From the IMG/VR virus record IMGVR_UViG_3300020049_016424, positions 118,834 to 182,833 of that record: a DNA stretch of 64,000 nucleotides. One strand, 5' to 3'. The notes under the pieces are model-generated. The model searched no databases. It had not been told where the DNA came from and worked only from the letters and a program-made list of their open reading frames with translations. The DNA is from a virus (lineage: Duplodnaviria; Caudoviricetes). The position numbers and the translations under genes were made by a program. Within the stretch, counting starts at the first letter, position 1. Every line of letters begins with the position of its first letter. Shown piece after piece: positions 10,401-19,588 of the stretch.

Positions 10401-10950
10401 GCCCATGGACCCTGCCGCGGCCCAAGCCCCTGCAGACCCGAATGCCCCGCCCGCAGACCCGAACGCGGCACCTGCAGACCCGAATGCTGCGCCCATGGAT
10501 CCTGCGATGCAGGACCCCAACGCGCAGGGCATGCCGCCCCAGCAGCCCCCGCTGCCGATGATGCCCGAGGAGGGCCCGTCGTCCGACGAGATCGCTCTGC
10601 AGATGAACCCCGAGTTTCTCGGGCAAGCGGCCTCGATGAAGGATCAGGGCGTGTTCGACATGTCGGCCATCACAGATCTTGAGGGCGCAGCGCAGCGCGC
10701 GGGCAACAGTCCGTCGCCGCTCGGCGACCACAAAGACAATCTGGTGGCGACAATCGACGATCTTGGTCGTACACTCTTGCTATTGCAGATTCGTGCGCCC
10801 GAACTCGAGGCGCAGCTGGGCTCCGAGGGGTTCAAGACTCTCGAAGAACAGGCACGGAACACCTTCCTCGGGCTGGGTCAGTTGCAGTCCGAGCTGAAAC
10901 AAAACAGCACGGCTCTGGTCAATGCACAAGGAACAAACAGCGCTGCGTAA
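7495..10950 (+). CDS. Large (1151 aa) head-module protein with P/A/Q-rich linkers and an embedded glycine zipper
   Basis: Long ORF with GC3-rich codons, many K-x-A sites and PMDP/PADPNA repeats. It lies in the head module; function not assignable. Confidence 0.7.
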   Translation: MTKIAALGPAIDALEQTPTNASKAQFFEQHVTDQAYQAFDARHPDLTESIVTFKMVTSDPDAGTAVGAFILDLAGEAAYVPVTFHADEVSPLDILFVVNKGTFVPFTQEWVEEVLRNSSQGLGEAQKLPPTVATDMDIRNLVVPPTTGRYSYASAVERGTPEQKVLWKIAADSTHPLGVSMCKRAEEAFDPGMWEGFVAQFSQLNGMTPGVALDQGQMDMNIMSKMYKSYVKTWMMPQEAAAAGVGGMAPGGQPGAQPGMAPGAAPQQPPAPGPNMQQPGAAAPAPMAPGAAQAAPGQMPAADPMKMGSAASQGLFARLGGKADDLAGVVAENAALGGLGGALTSVYDDDYSDMGSRALKGSLGGTLGGTLGRALGGRMNTRYPQLEGLGDEIGQLAGLGIGSISAARPGSISNALRPNSAPQQDPYGGMYRYAAFEDPKPMFKHAFAEPHERPLRLLDYLERAPNNVKTAFATVLKKHVPLLKLAAQIYGDKELVAALKPRAKVAGQTPEGGLKIVRSTDGVQAFGPRAGAAFRGVAMRGYYYEDDGKRPARNQAVIKQEYHDAHDAREPGVYLLWAFDGKRVPALIVQDPLDLENSERQYSPKNTSQVKPVITKTPGTFATHPEPDSKGNLNCPEPDVERSHKSERLVLLGDGRNFTVDQIVGEQMTEKLLEGTPLYGRVWGNKTAKVASGYGAFIWQTGSHYYATKPVTLAEIATSADGVITGKFRHGKRFRIDPRSPMKRPVRPRDSGYVLIPASWRWVPLKDMPYESRNDFITTPSQVIDLGMNAMGAMGARKVRVDNAGARTFSVRSALSEDKGPLEKSAAIKYLADLESISGADAEACVKLAELERSVTAHIIPKPLLSKFAALVKRADPAMDQALGETLGGLEQQVAQLQSQLQVLQTVQQRAQEIASGGGMAPTDMQQTDPAMPAAGGTPAPAAPATPAPGAPMDPNAAAGAPPAAPAPAPMDPAAAQAPADPNAPPADPNAAPADPNAAPMDPAMQDPNAQGMPPQQPPLPMMPEEGPSSDEIALQMNPEFLGQAASMKDQGVFDMSAITDLEGAAQRAGNSPSPLGDHKDNLVATIDDLGRTLLLLQIRAPELEAQLGSEGFKTLEEQARNTFLGLGQLQSELKQNSTALVNAQGTNSAA
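10426..10500 (+). repeat. 21-nt tandem repeat encoding (A/P)PADPNA x3-4
   Basis: cctgcagacccgaatgcc / cccgcagacccgaacgcg / cctgcagacccgaatgct. Confidence 0.75.
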
Positions 10951-11650
10951 CACCCCGAACCACCGTCAATGCGCGGTGGTAGGGGATCTGCGCGAGTTGG
11001 AGACGCCCGAAGAGCGTGCGCTCGACTACCTTCTGAGCGGCATCCTGGACGGCGAAGTCTCGCAAGAGACGCTGAGCGCCGTTACTCAGGCGTGGCAGTC
11101 CTATCAGGACGTGCGGGTCCGGGCGCTCTTCAACGCGTGCTTGCTCGGCGGCGCTACCCCCGAACAGCTCGAAGAGGTGTTCCACGTCTCCGTCGAGGAG
11201 ACCGCGGCGTACACACACCTGTTCTTCGACGTGTCCGTGTTCCAGAACAGCTTCCACGTGTTCGGATACATCGCGGGACTCGCGGAAGAGTCTGAGCGGG
11301 CGTTGCTCCAAGAAGGCTACACCAAGGGCTTTCGGGCGCTGCAGTTCCGCTACGCTCCAGCTCCCGAGGCGCTCTCCCCCGAGACGGTTCTCGGCCAGGT
11401 CTTCGAGGCAAACGCGCGCGAGTACATCCGGCAGCAGGCCATCGTCCCTCCGACGAGCAAGGCGGCGGCAGGGCTGCGCGCGCTCAACAAGCAGGTGCTG
11501 GCCGAGGCGCAGGCGCTCGACAAGCTGGGCGCAGGCGCGAAGGCTGCGGCGGCGGCCGAGAAGAACAACCTCGAGTTCATCATCCAGACCGGGCCGTCCA
11601 ACCCGACGCTCGAAGACCTTCTCCGGCACGGCGCCGAGCTCGCGCACTGA
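10922..11650 (+). CDS. Hypothetical helical protein in the head module
   Basis: 242-aa ORF with typical codon usage; start uncertain. Confidence 0.6.
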   Translation: MHKEQTALRNTPNHRQCAVVGDLRELETPEERALDYLLSGILDGEVSQETLSAVTQAWQSYQDVRVRALFNACLLGGATPEQLEEVFHVSVEETAAYTHLFFDVSVFQNSFHVFGYIAGLAEESERALLQEGYTKGFRALQFRYAPAPEALSPETVLGQVFEANAREYIRQQAIVPPTSKAAAGLRALNKQVLAEAQALDKLGAGAKAAAAAEKNNLEFIIQTGPSNPTLEDLLRHGAELAH

Positions 11651-11745
11651 CCTAGCCGCCGAGCGAGAGGCTTCGAAGCCACGAACCTCTTCCAGAGGTG
11701 TTGCAGGGACGTGTGCCTTTCTGCGATTTCTGATACCTTCCGTGC

Positions 11746-12531
11746 ATGCCTGTGCTCACAGATCGGGACTTTGCGTCCTACGCAGAAAAGGTCGCTCGCG
11801 AGCTTGTCGAGCAGAAGACGCCCCTCAAGACCTCCGTGATGAAGATCGCGCAGGAAGAGGACCTGAACGCAGAGCAGCTCGCGCGTCTGTGCGAAGCCGC
11901 GAACAACGCAGCATTCAGCGCGCACTTCACCGACAAGGGCAAGCAAGGCAGCGACGACCGTCTCGTCGACTTCGACGTGGTCAGCGCCAAGGAGCTCCTT
12001 CAGGGAGAGATGGCGGCGAGCAAGACCGCGAGTGCGCCGCCTATCGTCTCGGACTGGGACGCAGCCTGGGAGTCGCGTTCACTCGTCACGCCCGAGGTCT
12101 TCACCGAGAAGACGGCGTCTCTCGAAGAGCTCGCGGCTGAGGCACAGCGCCCCGGACGCGAGAAGCGCGCAGCCGAGCGTCGCGAACGCACGTCGTACAA
12201 GCTCGCTTCCGAGCTGCGTATCCGCGTCGAAGAGCACAAGCTCGCGCTCACGGGGCATGTCGAAAAGCTCGCGCACGAGTTCCGCCGGCTCTACGGAACG
12301 CCGTACGAGGCCTTCGAAAAGGAAGCCCTCGATGCGTACGGCGTGCAAGCACACGCGCCGCTCAACACCCTCCGTGCAGCCCTGCGCAAGCCGGAGTTCG
12401 ATTTCTACCCGGTGAAGACCGCGTCCTACCCGGACACGAGCACGATGCCGCACCGCACGTTCCAGGCGTTGCTGACCGAGCTCGACAGCGCGCGGACCAC
12501 CATGACCCGTCTCGCAGCACTCAAGGAGTGA
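11746..12531 (+). CDS. Head-module protein
   Basis: KIAQEEDLNAEQLARLCEAAN, repeated KTAS sites, and leaderless TACCTT-N6-ATG. Confidence 0.7.
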   Translation: MPVLTDRDFASYAEKVARELVEQKTPLKTSVMKIAQEEDLNAEQLARLCEAANNAAFSAHFTDKGKQGSDDRLVDFDVVSAKELLQGEMAASKTASAPPIVSDWDAAWESRSLVTPEVFTEKTASLEELAAEAQRPGREKRAAERRERTSYKLASELRIRVEEHKLALTGHVEKLAHEFRRLYGTPYEAFEKEALDAYGVQAHAPLNTLRAALRKPEFDFYPVKTASYPDTSTMPHRTFQALLTELDSARTTMTRLAALKE

Positions 12532-12534
12532 TCG

Positions 12535-13395
12535 ATGCCGCTGCTTCCTGGATCGGACAACAAGATCGTCGGCAAGAACATCGCAGAGCTGCGCTCCGCG
12601 GGGCACAAGCCGAAGCAAGCGATCGCCATCGCACTGCGTGAAGCAGGACGCGCGAAGAGCGCCGAGGACGTCGTCAGCGACATCGCGCAGGACGCCACCA
12701 AGCGTGCGGCGTTCGTCGCGCTGACTCGCGCGCTCACCGGCGAGGAGAAGACGGCGTTCTTCGGGCAGGCTCTCGGGGGCGCGCTCGCAGGCGGGCTCGG
12801 CGGCGCGGGCCTCGGAGCTCTCGGCGCGAAGATGCGCGGCGAAGACGTCGGCCAGGCTGCGCTCAAGGGCGGCCTCGGCGGCGCGGCGCTCGGCGGCGGG
12901 CTCGGCGCGGTTCGCGGCATGGGCGGCCTCCAAGGCGCCGCCTCCGGCATGATGCAGGGTGAGGGGCACCTGAAGAACGTGCTGCCGGCTCTCGGCGGCG
13001 GCGCCCTCATCGGCGCAGGCCAGGAAGCTGCAGGCGCCCTCCGCGGCGCTCTCTTCGGGTCGACGGCCGCGCAGGAGACGAAGGAGAAGGAGCTCGGCAA
13101 GATCGAGGCGCAGCAGGCGTTCAAGGCGCAGCAGCGCGAGCTGCTCGCTCCGAAGCATCAGCAGGCCTTCCAGATGGCGATGCAGGACGAGATCGTCTCG
13201 CAGGCGCCGCAAGAGATCATCCACTCGAGCTTCGACACCATGCGGCAGTTCGCGCCCAACGTGGCCGCGGACCCGAACGCGGTGCGCAGCTTCCTGCGTG
13301 AATCGGCGACCTACGGGCAGGGCCCGAGCTACGCCACCCTCAAGAACCTCGCGGACGCCGAGTCCGCTGTGACGCGCGCCGGCGGGGCGCTGTGA
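12535..13395 (+). CDS. Glycine-zipper head protein with a small basic N-terminal module
   Basis: MPLLPGSDNKIVGKNIAELRSAGHKPKQAIAIAL then KSA. EEKTAFF is followed by GxxxG repeats. Confidence 0.7.
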   Translation: MPLLPGSDNKIVGKNIAELRSAGHKPKQAIAIALREAGRAKSAEDVVSDIAQDATKRAAFVALTRALTGEEKTAFFGQALGGALAGGLGGAGLGALGAKMRGEDVGQAALKGGLGGAALGGGLGAVRGMGGLQGAASGMMQGEGHLKNVLPALGGGALIGAGQEAAGALRGALFGSTAAQETKEKELGKIEAQQAFKAQQRELLAPKHQQAFQMAMQDEIVSQAPQEIIHSSFDTMRQFAPNVAADPNAVRSFLRESATYGQGPSYATLKNLADAESAVTRAGGAL

Positions 13396-13406
13396 AGGAG
13401 TCCTCG

Positions 13407-14123
13407 ATGCTGACCGACGCGCAGCTACTGTCGTCCCCGGTGGTTTCCGGGGTCCTCTCTCATCAGACGGCCGGGCTGCACAAGTCGGCGGCCACGCTGC
13501 TCGGGGTGCCCCAGGAGGCCGAGCTCGCCGACTTCGTGCGAGCGCTCGGTACGAAGCTCGCGTATCAGACCCTCATCCAGGGTGCGATCCGCGACGGCAT
13601 CGACACCTACGCCAGCCTGAAGGGGGTCGCCAGCCCGGGCGCCCTCCCTTTCGCCCGCGCGGGGTCTAAGACCGCCAGCACCGTCGTGAGTGGGAACGCA
13701 GCAGCTCGAGCTGCGCGCCGCGCCGCTGCAGCGCATGCTCCCGCCGAAGCGCTCGCCGCGGCGGCTTCGCACGTCCCTCCGTCCGCGGTCCAGCCTTCGC
13801 ACATGCGGCTGCGCACGGACGGCAACATGCAGTTCGTGGCGCCGCATCAGGCCGAGCAGTACCTCTCGAAGGACCCCTCGCGCATCATCGCCCTGCCGAA
13901 GAGCGGCCCTGCGCTGCCTGTGCCTCCGAAGCCTCCCGAGACGGACATCTGGGATCAGACGGGCCCGGTTCGGCGCAAGCTGCGACGCACCGAGGAACTC
14001 GATCTCGGACAGCTCCGAGCGCACCTCCAGTCCCAAGGCTACAACCCCGAGGCGCTCGGGTTCGCGCCGGTCTCTCCCAAGCTCGCTGCCATGCGCGATG
14101 CTCTGCGCGCAGCGCTCCTCTGA
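13407..14123 (+). CDS. Head-module protein
   Basis: AAGGAG RBS before ATG 13407; KSA, KLA and KTA sites. Confidence 0.6.
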   Translation: MLTDAQLLSSPVVSGVLSHQTAGLHKSAATLLGVPQEAELADFVRALGTKLAYQTLIQGAIRDGIDTYASLKGVASPGALPFARAGSKTASTVVSGNAAARAARRAAAAHAPAEALAAAASHVPPSAVQPSHMRLRTDGNMQFVAPHQAEQYLSKDPSRIIALPKSGPALPVPPKPPETDIWDQTGPVRRKLRRTEELDLGQLRAHLQSQGYNPEALGFAPVSPKLAAMRDALRAALL

Positions 14124-14138
14124 GAAAGAAGCTCTTCC

Positions 14139-17096
14139 GTGGCCAACAAAATCATCACCTTCGACGACCACTTCGCTACGGGCGAGCCGACGGTACAGCT
14201 CATCAGCACGCCGGGGCGTAATGGACGGATGCTCCGCGAGGCTACGTCGCTGCACAAGACCGCAGCAGGCAACGATTCGCCCGCGCTCGAATACATCAAG
14301 AGCGTGCAGCCGGAAGAGGGCAAGACGACGGTGCTCGTCATCGGCCTCGGAGATCACGAGACGTACGGCGCGAATCGCAATGGCGACGGATTTCCGAGCG
14401 AGCCGGTGCCCGGCAAGATCGCGGCGGACGAGGTGCTGACGAAGCACTACCAGAGCTACGACAACGCGCACGTCTTCGAGCACCACGTGAACCACGACCC
14501 GGCCAAGGCCATTGGCCGGGTGAAGAAGGCGTTCTGGAACCCCCGCATGCGGCGCGTCGAGGTGGTCGAGGACTTCGACCACAAGAAGGCGCCCCACCTG
14601 CTCGAGAAGATCGGTAGCGGGGAATATCCAAGTAAGTCGATGGGATGCGGCAAGGCCGGGACCCAGATTCACACGCCGACAGGCCGTGTAGCCATCGAGA
14701 CCATCGCCGTAGGGGACGAGGTCATCACGCACACGGGTGCGGTGCGGGTCGTCACCGAGCTGCATCGACGTGAGTACCGCGGGCTGCTCTACACGATCCA
14801 CTCCGGCGTGGGTACTTCCACCATGACGCAAGAGCACCCCTACGCGGTGCTTCCCTTTGCCGCCGTCTGCGCACGCACACCCCACGGTGAGTACAAACGC
14901 CGCCCTGTGGCAGAGATCGACACCGCGCATGTGCACTGGACTCCTGCGGAAGACGTACGAGTAGGGGACTACCTTCTGACACCGTTCGATACGGCGGTGA
15001 CGGAGAGCCTGTCTGTCGAGCAATGCCAATTCTTGGGGTACTACGCCGCGGAGGGGAACCTACACTATGGCACCAGCCACTCAGTCGTGTTCACGCACCA
15101 CGTGACAGACACGTTGCGCGAAGAGATGCCCGTCCTAGCGCGCGCACTGGGAGTTCCGAAAGTGAATACCCGTCCGCATGCCGAGTCCGCAGCGGCCATG
15201 TACACCGAGGTTCGCAGCAAGGAGCTGGCAGCGCTCTGCAACACGCATGTTGGCCGGCGAGCTCCTGAGAAGCGGCTGAGCCTGGAGCTCATGCGACAGC
15301 CGCGCGAGCAGCAACTCGCGTTCCTCGGCGCCATGATCAACGGAGACGGCGGCACGGACTCCAAAGGCGATTTTTACATCGCCACCTGCAACCGTAACCT
15401 TGCGCACCAGCTTCAAACGGTGGGATTCCGCTGCGGCATCTACTCATGTGTGCACACCATCAACCACAAGCCGTCGGTGCTCGTCAAGAAATCGACCGTC
15501 GAGTACCGCGTGTGCTTCGCGCGACGGTACTGCGATGTCATCGCACCCTACTGCGCCAAGGTCTCCCCGCGAATGATGAAGGGGCCCAGCACCGGCCCCC
15601 TTCTCGGGGCGGGTTTCGTGATCTCTCGTGTGAAAGAGATCTCACTCGAGCCGTTCGAAGGCCCCGTCTACAACTTCGAGGTCGAGGGGGACAACTCCTA
15701 CGTCACGGAGAATCACGCAGTCCACAACTGCAAGATCAAGTACGACACGTGCACGATCTGCGGCAACAACGCGCCGACACGCAAGCAGTACTGCGAGCAC
15801 CTGAAGTACTCGATGGGCAAAGTTCTGCCCGACGGCCGCAAGGTCGCTGCGCTCAACCCCTCCCCACGATTCTTCGACTCGTCCTGGGTGTTCCGCCCTG
15901 CAGACCGCACGGGCTTCATGTTGAAGAAAGTCGCAGACGCCGTCGAGCTCTGGACTCCGAGCTACGAGCTCGCCGAGCGCGTCGAAGACCTACGCAGCAA
16001 GGCCGCTGCGTTCGGCAAGGCCTCTGCCATCGAAAAAACGATCTCGGGAGACCCGGTCGCGTCGAATAGCGGCCTGCCCGGCGGCTCGCTCGGTCTCGTG
16101 AAGAAGTACTCAGACACGGCGCCAGAGAAGAAGGTCTCGGGCCCATCTGAGTCTCAAATCAAGGTGATGATCGAGTACACGCCGTCTGAAGCGCTCGGCA
16201 CCGCCGATGCGTGCGGCATGCCGCTCGGCCTCAAGGACTTGATCCAGTTCTTCATGGGCCGCATGGGCGCAGGCGCGCCGGATGATGCGACGCTCGAGCA
16301 AGCCTCGAAGCAGGCCGCCGCGGTGTTCGAGCTCTTCGAGCAGTATCCGCGCTTCTACGACGACGTGCTCAAGGCGGCAGGCCTCGCGGATGACCTGCGC
16401 GTCTCGGAGAAGCTCGCAAACGAACTAGCACCGCAACAGGTGCCAGACGTACGGCTGCGCGACACGCCGCTGCACCAGTACCGCGGCATCTCGATGCTCG
16501 CGCCGCGCGATCAGCGCCCGAACACCGACACGCTCACCTACACATCCCCGCAAGGACAGGCCTACACGACGAATCTCGGACGTGCGCGGGAAACCGCGGA
16601 GTCGCTCGAGGGCCGCGCCCAGGCTGGAAAGTACCTGCGCGGCGCAGGCTACCTCGGCATGGGCACGCTCATGGGCGCTGCAGGTCTCGGCAAGCTGATG
16701 CTCGGCAAGCGCACCCCCATGAACCGCTTCCTCGGAGGGGGGCTCGCAGGGCTCGGCGTAGCGTCGGGCCTCAAGGGCATCCACGAAGGGGCCCGTGACG
16801 TGCGCATGGGTGACCTCGCAGGACCCAAGGTCATGACCAATGAAGGGGTGCCGATCTCGGCGTATACCGAGATGGTTCCGGCCAAGATGGGCTCCTTCGC
16901 TCCGGAAATGGCCTACGTCTTGGCGCGGCGGCGCGACGGCGCTTGCGCTACAGTGCCCGAGACGCGTAAACTCGCGGTGTGCGCTCACATTGCAGAGGCT
17001 GAGATCGCAGACAGCGAGAGCCCCGTGCTCGGCCCGACTCTCCAGTTGGAAAAGACAGCGCTCCTCCTGGAAACCCACATCCTCTCTTGCCTCTGA
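14139..17096 (+). CDS. Prohead maturation serine protease with Zn finger, interrupted by an intein
   Basis: NRNGDGF and VFEHHVN. The spliced junction reads SKSMG|CKIKYDTCTICGN...YCEHL...FFDSSWV..PAD, resembling HK97-type head proteases with an S-x-G nucleophile. It lies upstream of the scaffold and capsid genes. Confidence 0.75.
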   Translation: MANKIITFDDHFATGEPTVQLISTPGRNGRMLREATSLHKTAAGNDSPALEYIKSVQPEEGKTTVLVIGLGDHETYGANRNGDGFPSEPVPGKIAADEVLTKHYQSYDNAHVFEHHVNHDPAKAIGRVKKAFWNPRMRRVEVVEDFDHKKAPHLLEKIGSGEYPSKSMGCGKAGTQIHTPTGRVAIETIAVGDEVITHTGAVRVVTELHRREYRGLLYTIHSGVGTSTMTQEHPYAVLPFAAVCARTPHGEYKRRPVAEIDTAHVHWTPAEDVRVGDYLLTPFDTAVTESLSVEQCQFLGYYAAEGNLHYGTSHSVVFTHHVTDTLREEMPVLARALGVPKVNTRPHAESAAAMYTEVRSKELAALCNTHVGRRAPEKRLSLELMRQPREQQLAFLGAMINGDGGTDSKGDFYIATCNRNLAHQLQTVGFRCGIYSCVHTINHKPSVLVKKSTVEYRVCFARRYCDVIAPYCAKVSPRMMKGPSTGPLLGAGFVISRVKEISLEPFEGPVYNFEVEGDNSYVTENHAVHNCKIKYDTCTICGNNAPTRKQYCEHLKYSMGKVLPDGRKVAALNPSPRFFDSSWVFRPADRTGFMLKKVADAVELWTPSYELAERVEDLRSKAAAFGKASAIEKTISGDPVASNSGLPGGSLGLVKKYSDTAPEKKVSGPSESQIKVMIEYTPSEALGTADACGMPLGLKDLIQFFMGRMGAGAPDDATLEQASKQAAAVFELFEQYPRFYDDVLKAAGLADDLRVSEKLANELAPQQVPDVRLRDTPLHQYRGISMLAPRDQRPNTDTLTYTSPQGQAYTTNLGRARETAESLEGRAQAGKYLRGAGYLGMGTLMGAAGLGKLMLGKRTPMNRFLGGGLAGLGVASGLKGIHEGARDVRMGDLAGPKVMTNEGVPISAYTEMVPAKMGSFAPEMAYVLARRRDGACATVPETRKLAVCAHIAEAEIADSESPVLGPTLQLEKTALLLETHILSCL
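14646..15728 (+). mobile_element. Intein (361 aa) with LAGLIDADG homing endonuclease
   Basis: Starts with Cys (CGKAGTQIHT). Block B TQEHPY; FLGYYAAEG and FLGAMINGDG. Ends VYNFEVEGDNSYVTENHAVHN followed by extein Cys. Confidence 0.92.
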
Positions 17097-17135
17097 TCCC
17101 AAGATCCCCGAAACTCTCTGTGCGGAGAAACAACC

Positions 17136-17723
17136 ATGAGCTCGATCGATCGCCTTTTCGCCCTCCTGAACGACGATGCCCCGGCAGGCACGGAGAAGAC
17201 CGCTGCAGCCGCCGCGCCCGTCGCGGCTCCGGCGTCGGTCGATCCGATCCTCGCCACCGTCCAGGCGCTCACGTCGAAATCGGCGAGTGACGCGGCGGCC
17301 TCGGCCCCGGCGGCGCTCCCGTCCCTCGACAAGATGGCCTCCGATCTCGCGGCGGCCGAGACCGACGCGTTCGTCGCGCAGTCGAAGCTCGCGGGAGCTG
17401 CGTTCTGCGACAGCTTCATGGCGCGCCTCAGCGGCTACGACACGCAGATCGGCGCGAAGACGGCGTCGGCAGTGGCAGTGGCGTCGAACGTCGATCTCGA
17501 GAAGATCGCGGCCGCGGCCTACGCCAAGGGCGTCGCCGACTCCGAGAAGCATGCAGCCGACGACTACCAGGCTGGCTTCGACGAGACGGTCCAGGAGCTC
17601 CACAAGACCGCCGCCGAGATCCACATCGCGGGGCAGCAGTGCGCCGCGCGTGTCCTGTCCGAGATGACCAAGGCAGCGTCGGCGTCGGGAGGCGTCCCGA
17701 CGCGCCCTTTCGTCCGGGTGTGA
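17136..17723 (+). CDS. Putative scaffolding protein
   Basis: Ala-rich and helical; 9 of 10 Lys lie in K-x-A; GGAG RBS. Confidence 0.7.
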   Translation: MSSIDRLFALLNDDAPAGTEKTAAAAAPVAAPASVDPILATVQALTSKSASDAAASAPAALPSLDKMASDLAAAETDAFVAQSKLAGAAFCDSFMARLSGYDTQIGAKTASAVAVASNVDLEKIAAAAYAKGVADSEKHAADDYQAGFDETVQELHKTAAEIHIAGQQCAARVLSEMTKAASASGGVPTRPFVRV

Positions 17724-18199
17724 AGACAGCGAACCCGTTCGCGGACATCGATCCCGCGGTGCTTCGACAGATGTTGGAGGGCAACGAGAAGTCGCTGGCC
17801 ATGGCCGGTACGGCGCCCGCGGCTCTGTTCTCCCCGCTGGGAGCCATCCGCGGCGCGGGCGCGGCACCTGAAGGCGAAGAGGGACAAGGCGCTGTACGCG
17901 GGGGTCTCGACTTTCTCGGCGGGGTTGCGGGCGCTGCCGGAGGCTCCGTGCTCGGTTCCCGCGGCGGTGCCGAACTCGGAAGCCACCTCGGAAGAAGCCG
18001 CATGGGTCGCACGGGCGTAGTCCCTGGCATGATCATGGGAAACATCCTCGGCGGAGGTCTTGGCGCGGGACTTGGGGCGGCTGCGGGCTACCGCGGCACC
18101 GACTCGCTGCTCAGCGGCCTCGGCCTCGGCGGCAAGCCGCAGATGGGCCCCTCCGAAGAGGGTTCCGAAGAGACTCCCCCGAAGTCCCCGCAGGAGTGA
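17720..18199 (+). CDS. Glycine-zipper protein
   Basis: GTG start overlaps the upstream stop (GTGA). MKTANPF..., GGVAGAAGGSVLG and LGGGLGAGLGAAAG. Confidence 0.65.
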   Translation: MKTANPFADIDPAVLRQMLEGNEKSLAMAGTAPAALFSPLGAIRGAGAAPEGEEGQGAVRGGLDFLGGVAGAAGGSVLGSRGGAELGSHLGRSRMGRTGVVPGMIMGNILGGGLGAGLGAAAGYRGTDSLLSGLGLGGKPQMGPSEEGSEETPPKSPQE

Positions 18200-18202
18200 C
18201 CG

Positions 18203-18718
18203 GTGTCCTCGATCATCGACCTCACCAACCAGCTCATCGAATCGGTCCGTGTCTCCACCACAAAGACCGCGGCGGCCGTCGAGACGCCTGCTCCTCGCGA
18301 GCAGCTCCCGATCGTCACCGCGCTCAAGATGGCGGCCGACGCGCTGCGTCACGATGAGATCTCGGACGCGACCCTCTCCGACGTGAAGCTCGCCTTCGAA
18401 AAGGCGGCGATGTTCGCGCAGCCGGGCACCGGCGCGCAGTCTCCGAACGCCGGCGGTGGCGTGGGATCGGCACAGCCGACTCCGACGCTGCCGGCGCTCA
18501 AGACCACGAATCTCGGCGTCACAGCCGGGTCGGGCGGCGCGCCGCTCACCATGAAAGCTGCTTCGGAAGCGACGCCGCTCGGCGACGCGCTGCGCAAGCT
18601 CGCCGCCCAACTTCGAGAAGAAGACGACACGCAGCAGAAAAAAGTTGCGGCAGACGCGGTCTCCATCTTGAAGGCCGCTACGTCTCTGCGCTATCTTCAG
18701 CGAGGAATCGGACAATGA
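18203..18718 (+). CDS. Putative scaffolding/internal head protein
   Basis: 8 of 10 Lys lie in K-x-A. Confidence 0.7.
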   Translation: MSSIIDLTNQLIESVRVSTTKTAAAVETPAPREQLPIVTALKMAADALRHDEISDATLSDVKLAFEKAAMFAQPGTGAQSPNAGGGVGSAQPTPTLPALKTTNLGVTAGSGGAPLTMKAASEATPLGDALRKLAAQLREEDDTQQKKVAADAVSILKAATSLRYLQRGIGQ

Positions 18719-19050
18719 CGACCAAGCACGCAGCTCTCGCAGATCTCCTCGACCAGGTGGCCGCGCACATCGACGCGACCGAAGGTGCTCGAGCGCGCGA
18801 GAAGACCGCGGCACGTCAGGCGAAGGCCTCGGAAGCCGTTTCGGCGTTCGAAGCTGTGAGCGGTGAGACGCTCTCGCCGGAACTCCGCTCCAAACTCGCA
18901 GGACTCGATGAGGATGTGCTCGCACACCTCACGCGCACCGCAAAGATCACTGGTGGTTCTCCGGACTCGCTCGGGGGGCCCGCAGACGACAACGACTCAA
19001 CCACCAAGGTCGCCTACGTGGATCCCATCGTCGCTTTCGCGATGGGCTGA
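18715..19050 (+). CDS. Putative scaffolding protein
   Basis: Coiled-coil, KHA/KTA/KLA/KVA sites, ATGA coupling. Confidence 0.7.
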   Translation: MTTKHAALADLLDQVAAHIDATEGARAREKTAARQAKASEAVSAFEAVSGETLSPELRSKLAGLDEDVLAHLTRTAKITGGSPDSLGGPADDNDSTTKVAYVDPIVAFAMG

Positions 19051-19099
19051 ACGTCAGGCACAGCTCCCCCCGACCCTCTGACTCTGGAGACAAGGAAAC

Positions 19100-19540
19100 A
19101 TGACTGCCCTCAACGACAAGTTCGAAGTTCTTCGTGGCTGGCTGCCGGGTGGCGACTCCAACGTCGACCAGTCGTTCCCGCCGCGAATCAGCGGTGGCCT
19201 CCCGGTCACGCTCCAGCCCGGCCACATCGTCGAGTTCCGCTCGGACGGTACTGTGGACGTGTCGACGGCGACCGTGGCCATCAAGCCGGTCTACGTCGTC
19301 GTCGAAGGCAACAACATCGACAAGGACACCGTCTTCGTCGGTAAGGTCATGTGCCTCCGCGGCAAGCTGACCATCAAGACCGACAAGCTCGGTGCGGCGC
19401 AGTCCTTCCCGGTCGGCGGCGGCCTCACCTTCACCGCGGGCCTCCTCATGGACCTGGCCGGCGGCACCCAGCTCGCGGGATTCGTCATCGCGAACAACGT
19501 CTCTGTCGACGGAACCATCACCGCCGAGATCGACCTCTGA
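19100..19540 (+). CDS. Capsid decoration/cement-like protein
   Basis: 146-aa beta-rich ORF with strongly biased codons, immediately upstream of the MCP. Confidence 0.6.
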   Translation: MTALNDKFEVLRGWLPGGDSNVDQSFPPRISGGLPVTLQPGHIVEFRSDGTVDVSTATVAIKPVYVVVEGNNIDKDTVFVGKVMCLRGKLTIKTDKLGAAQSFPVGGGLTFTAGLLMDLAGGTQLAGFVIANNVSVDGTITAEIDL

Positions 19541-19588
19541 AGACGGGCCAAGCCTGATCCTTCCCCACACACACTGGAGACACCACCC

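Noticed and set aside
7495-10950. Calling the 1151-aa protein a portal or tape-measure protein
   Set aside because: No motif I can recognise supports either call.
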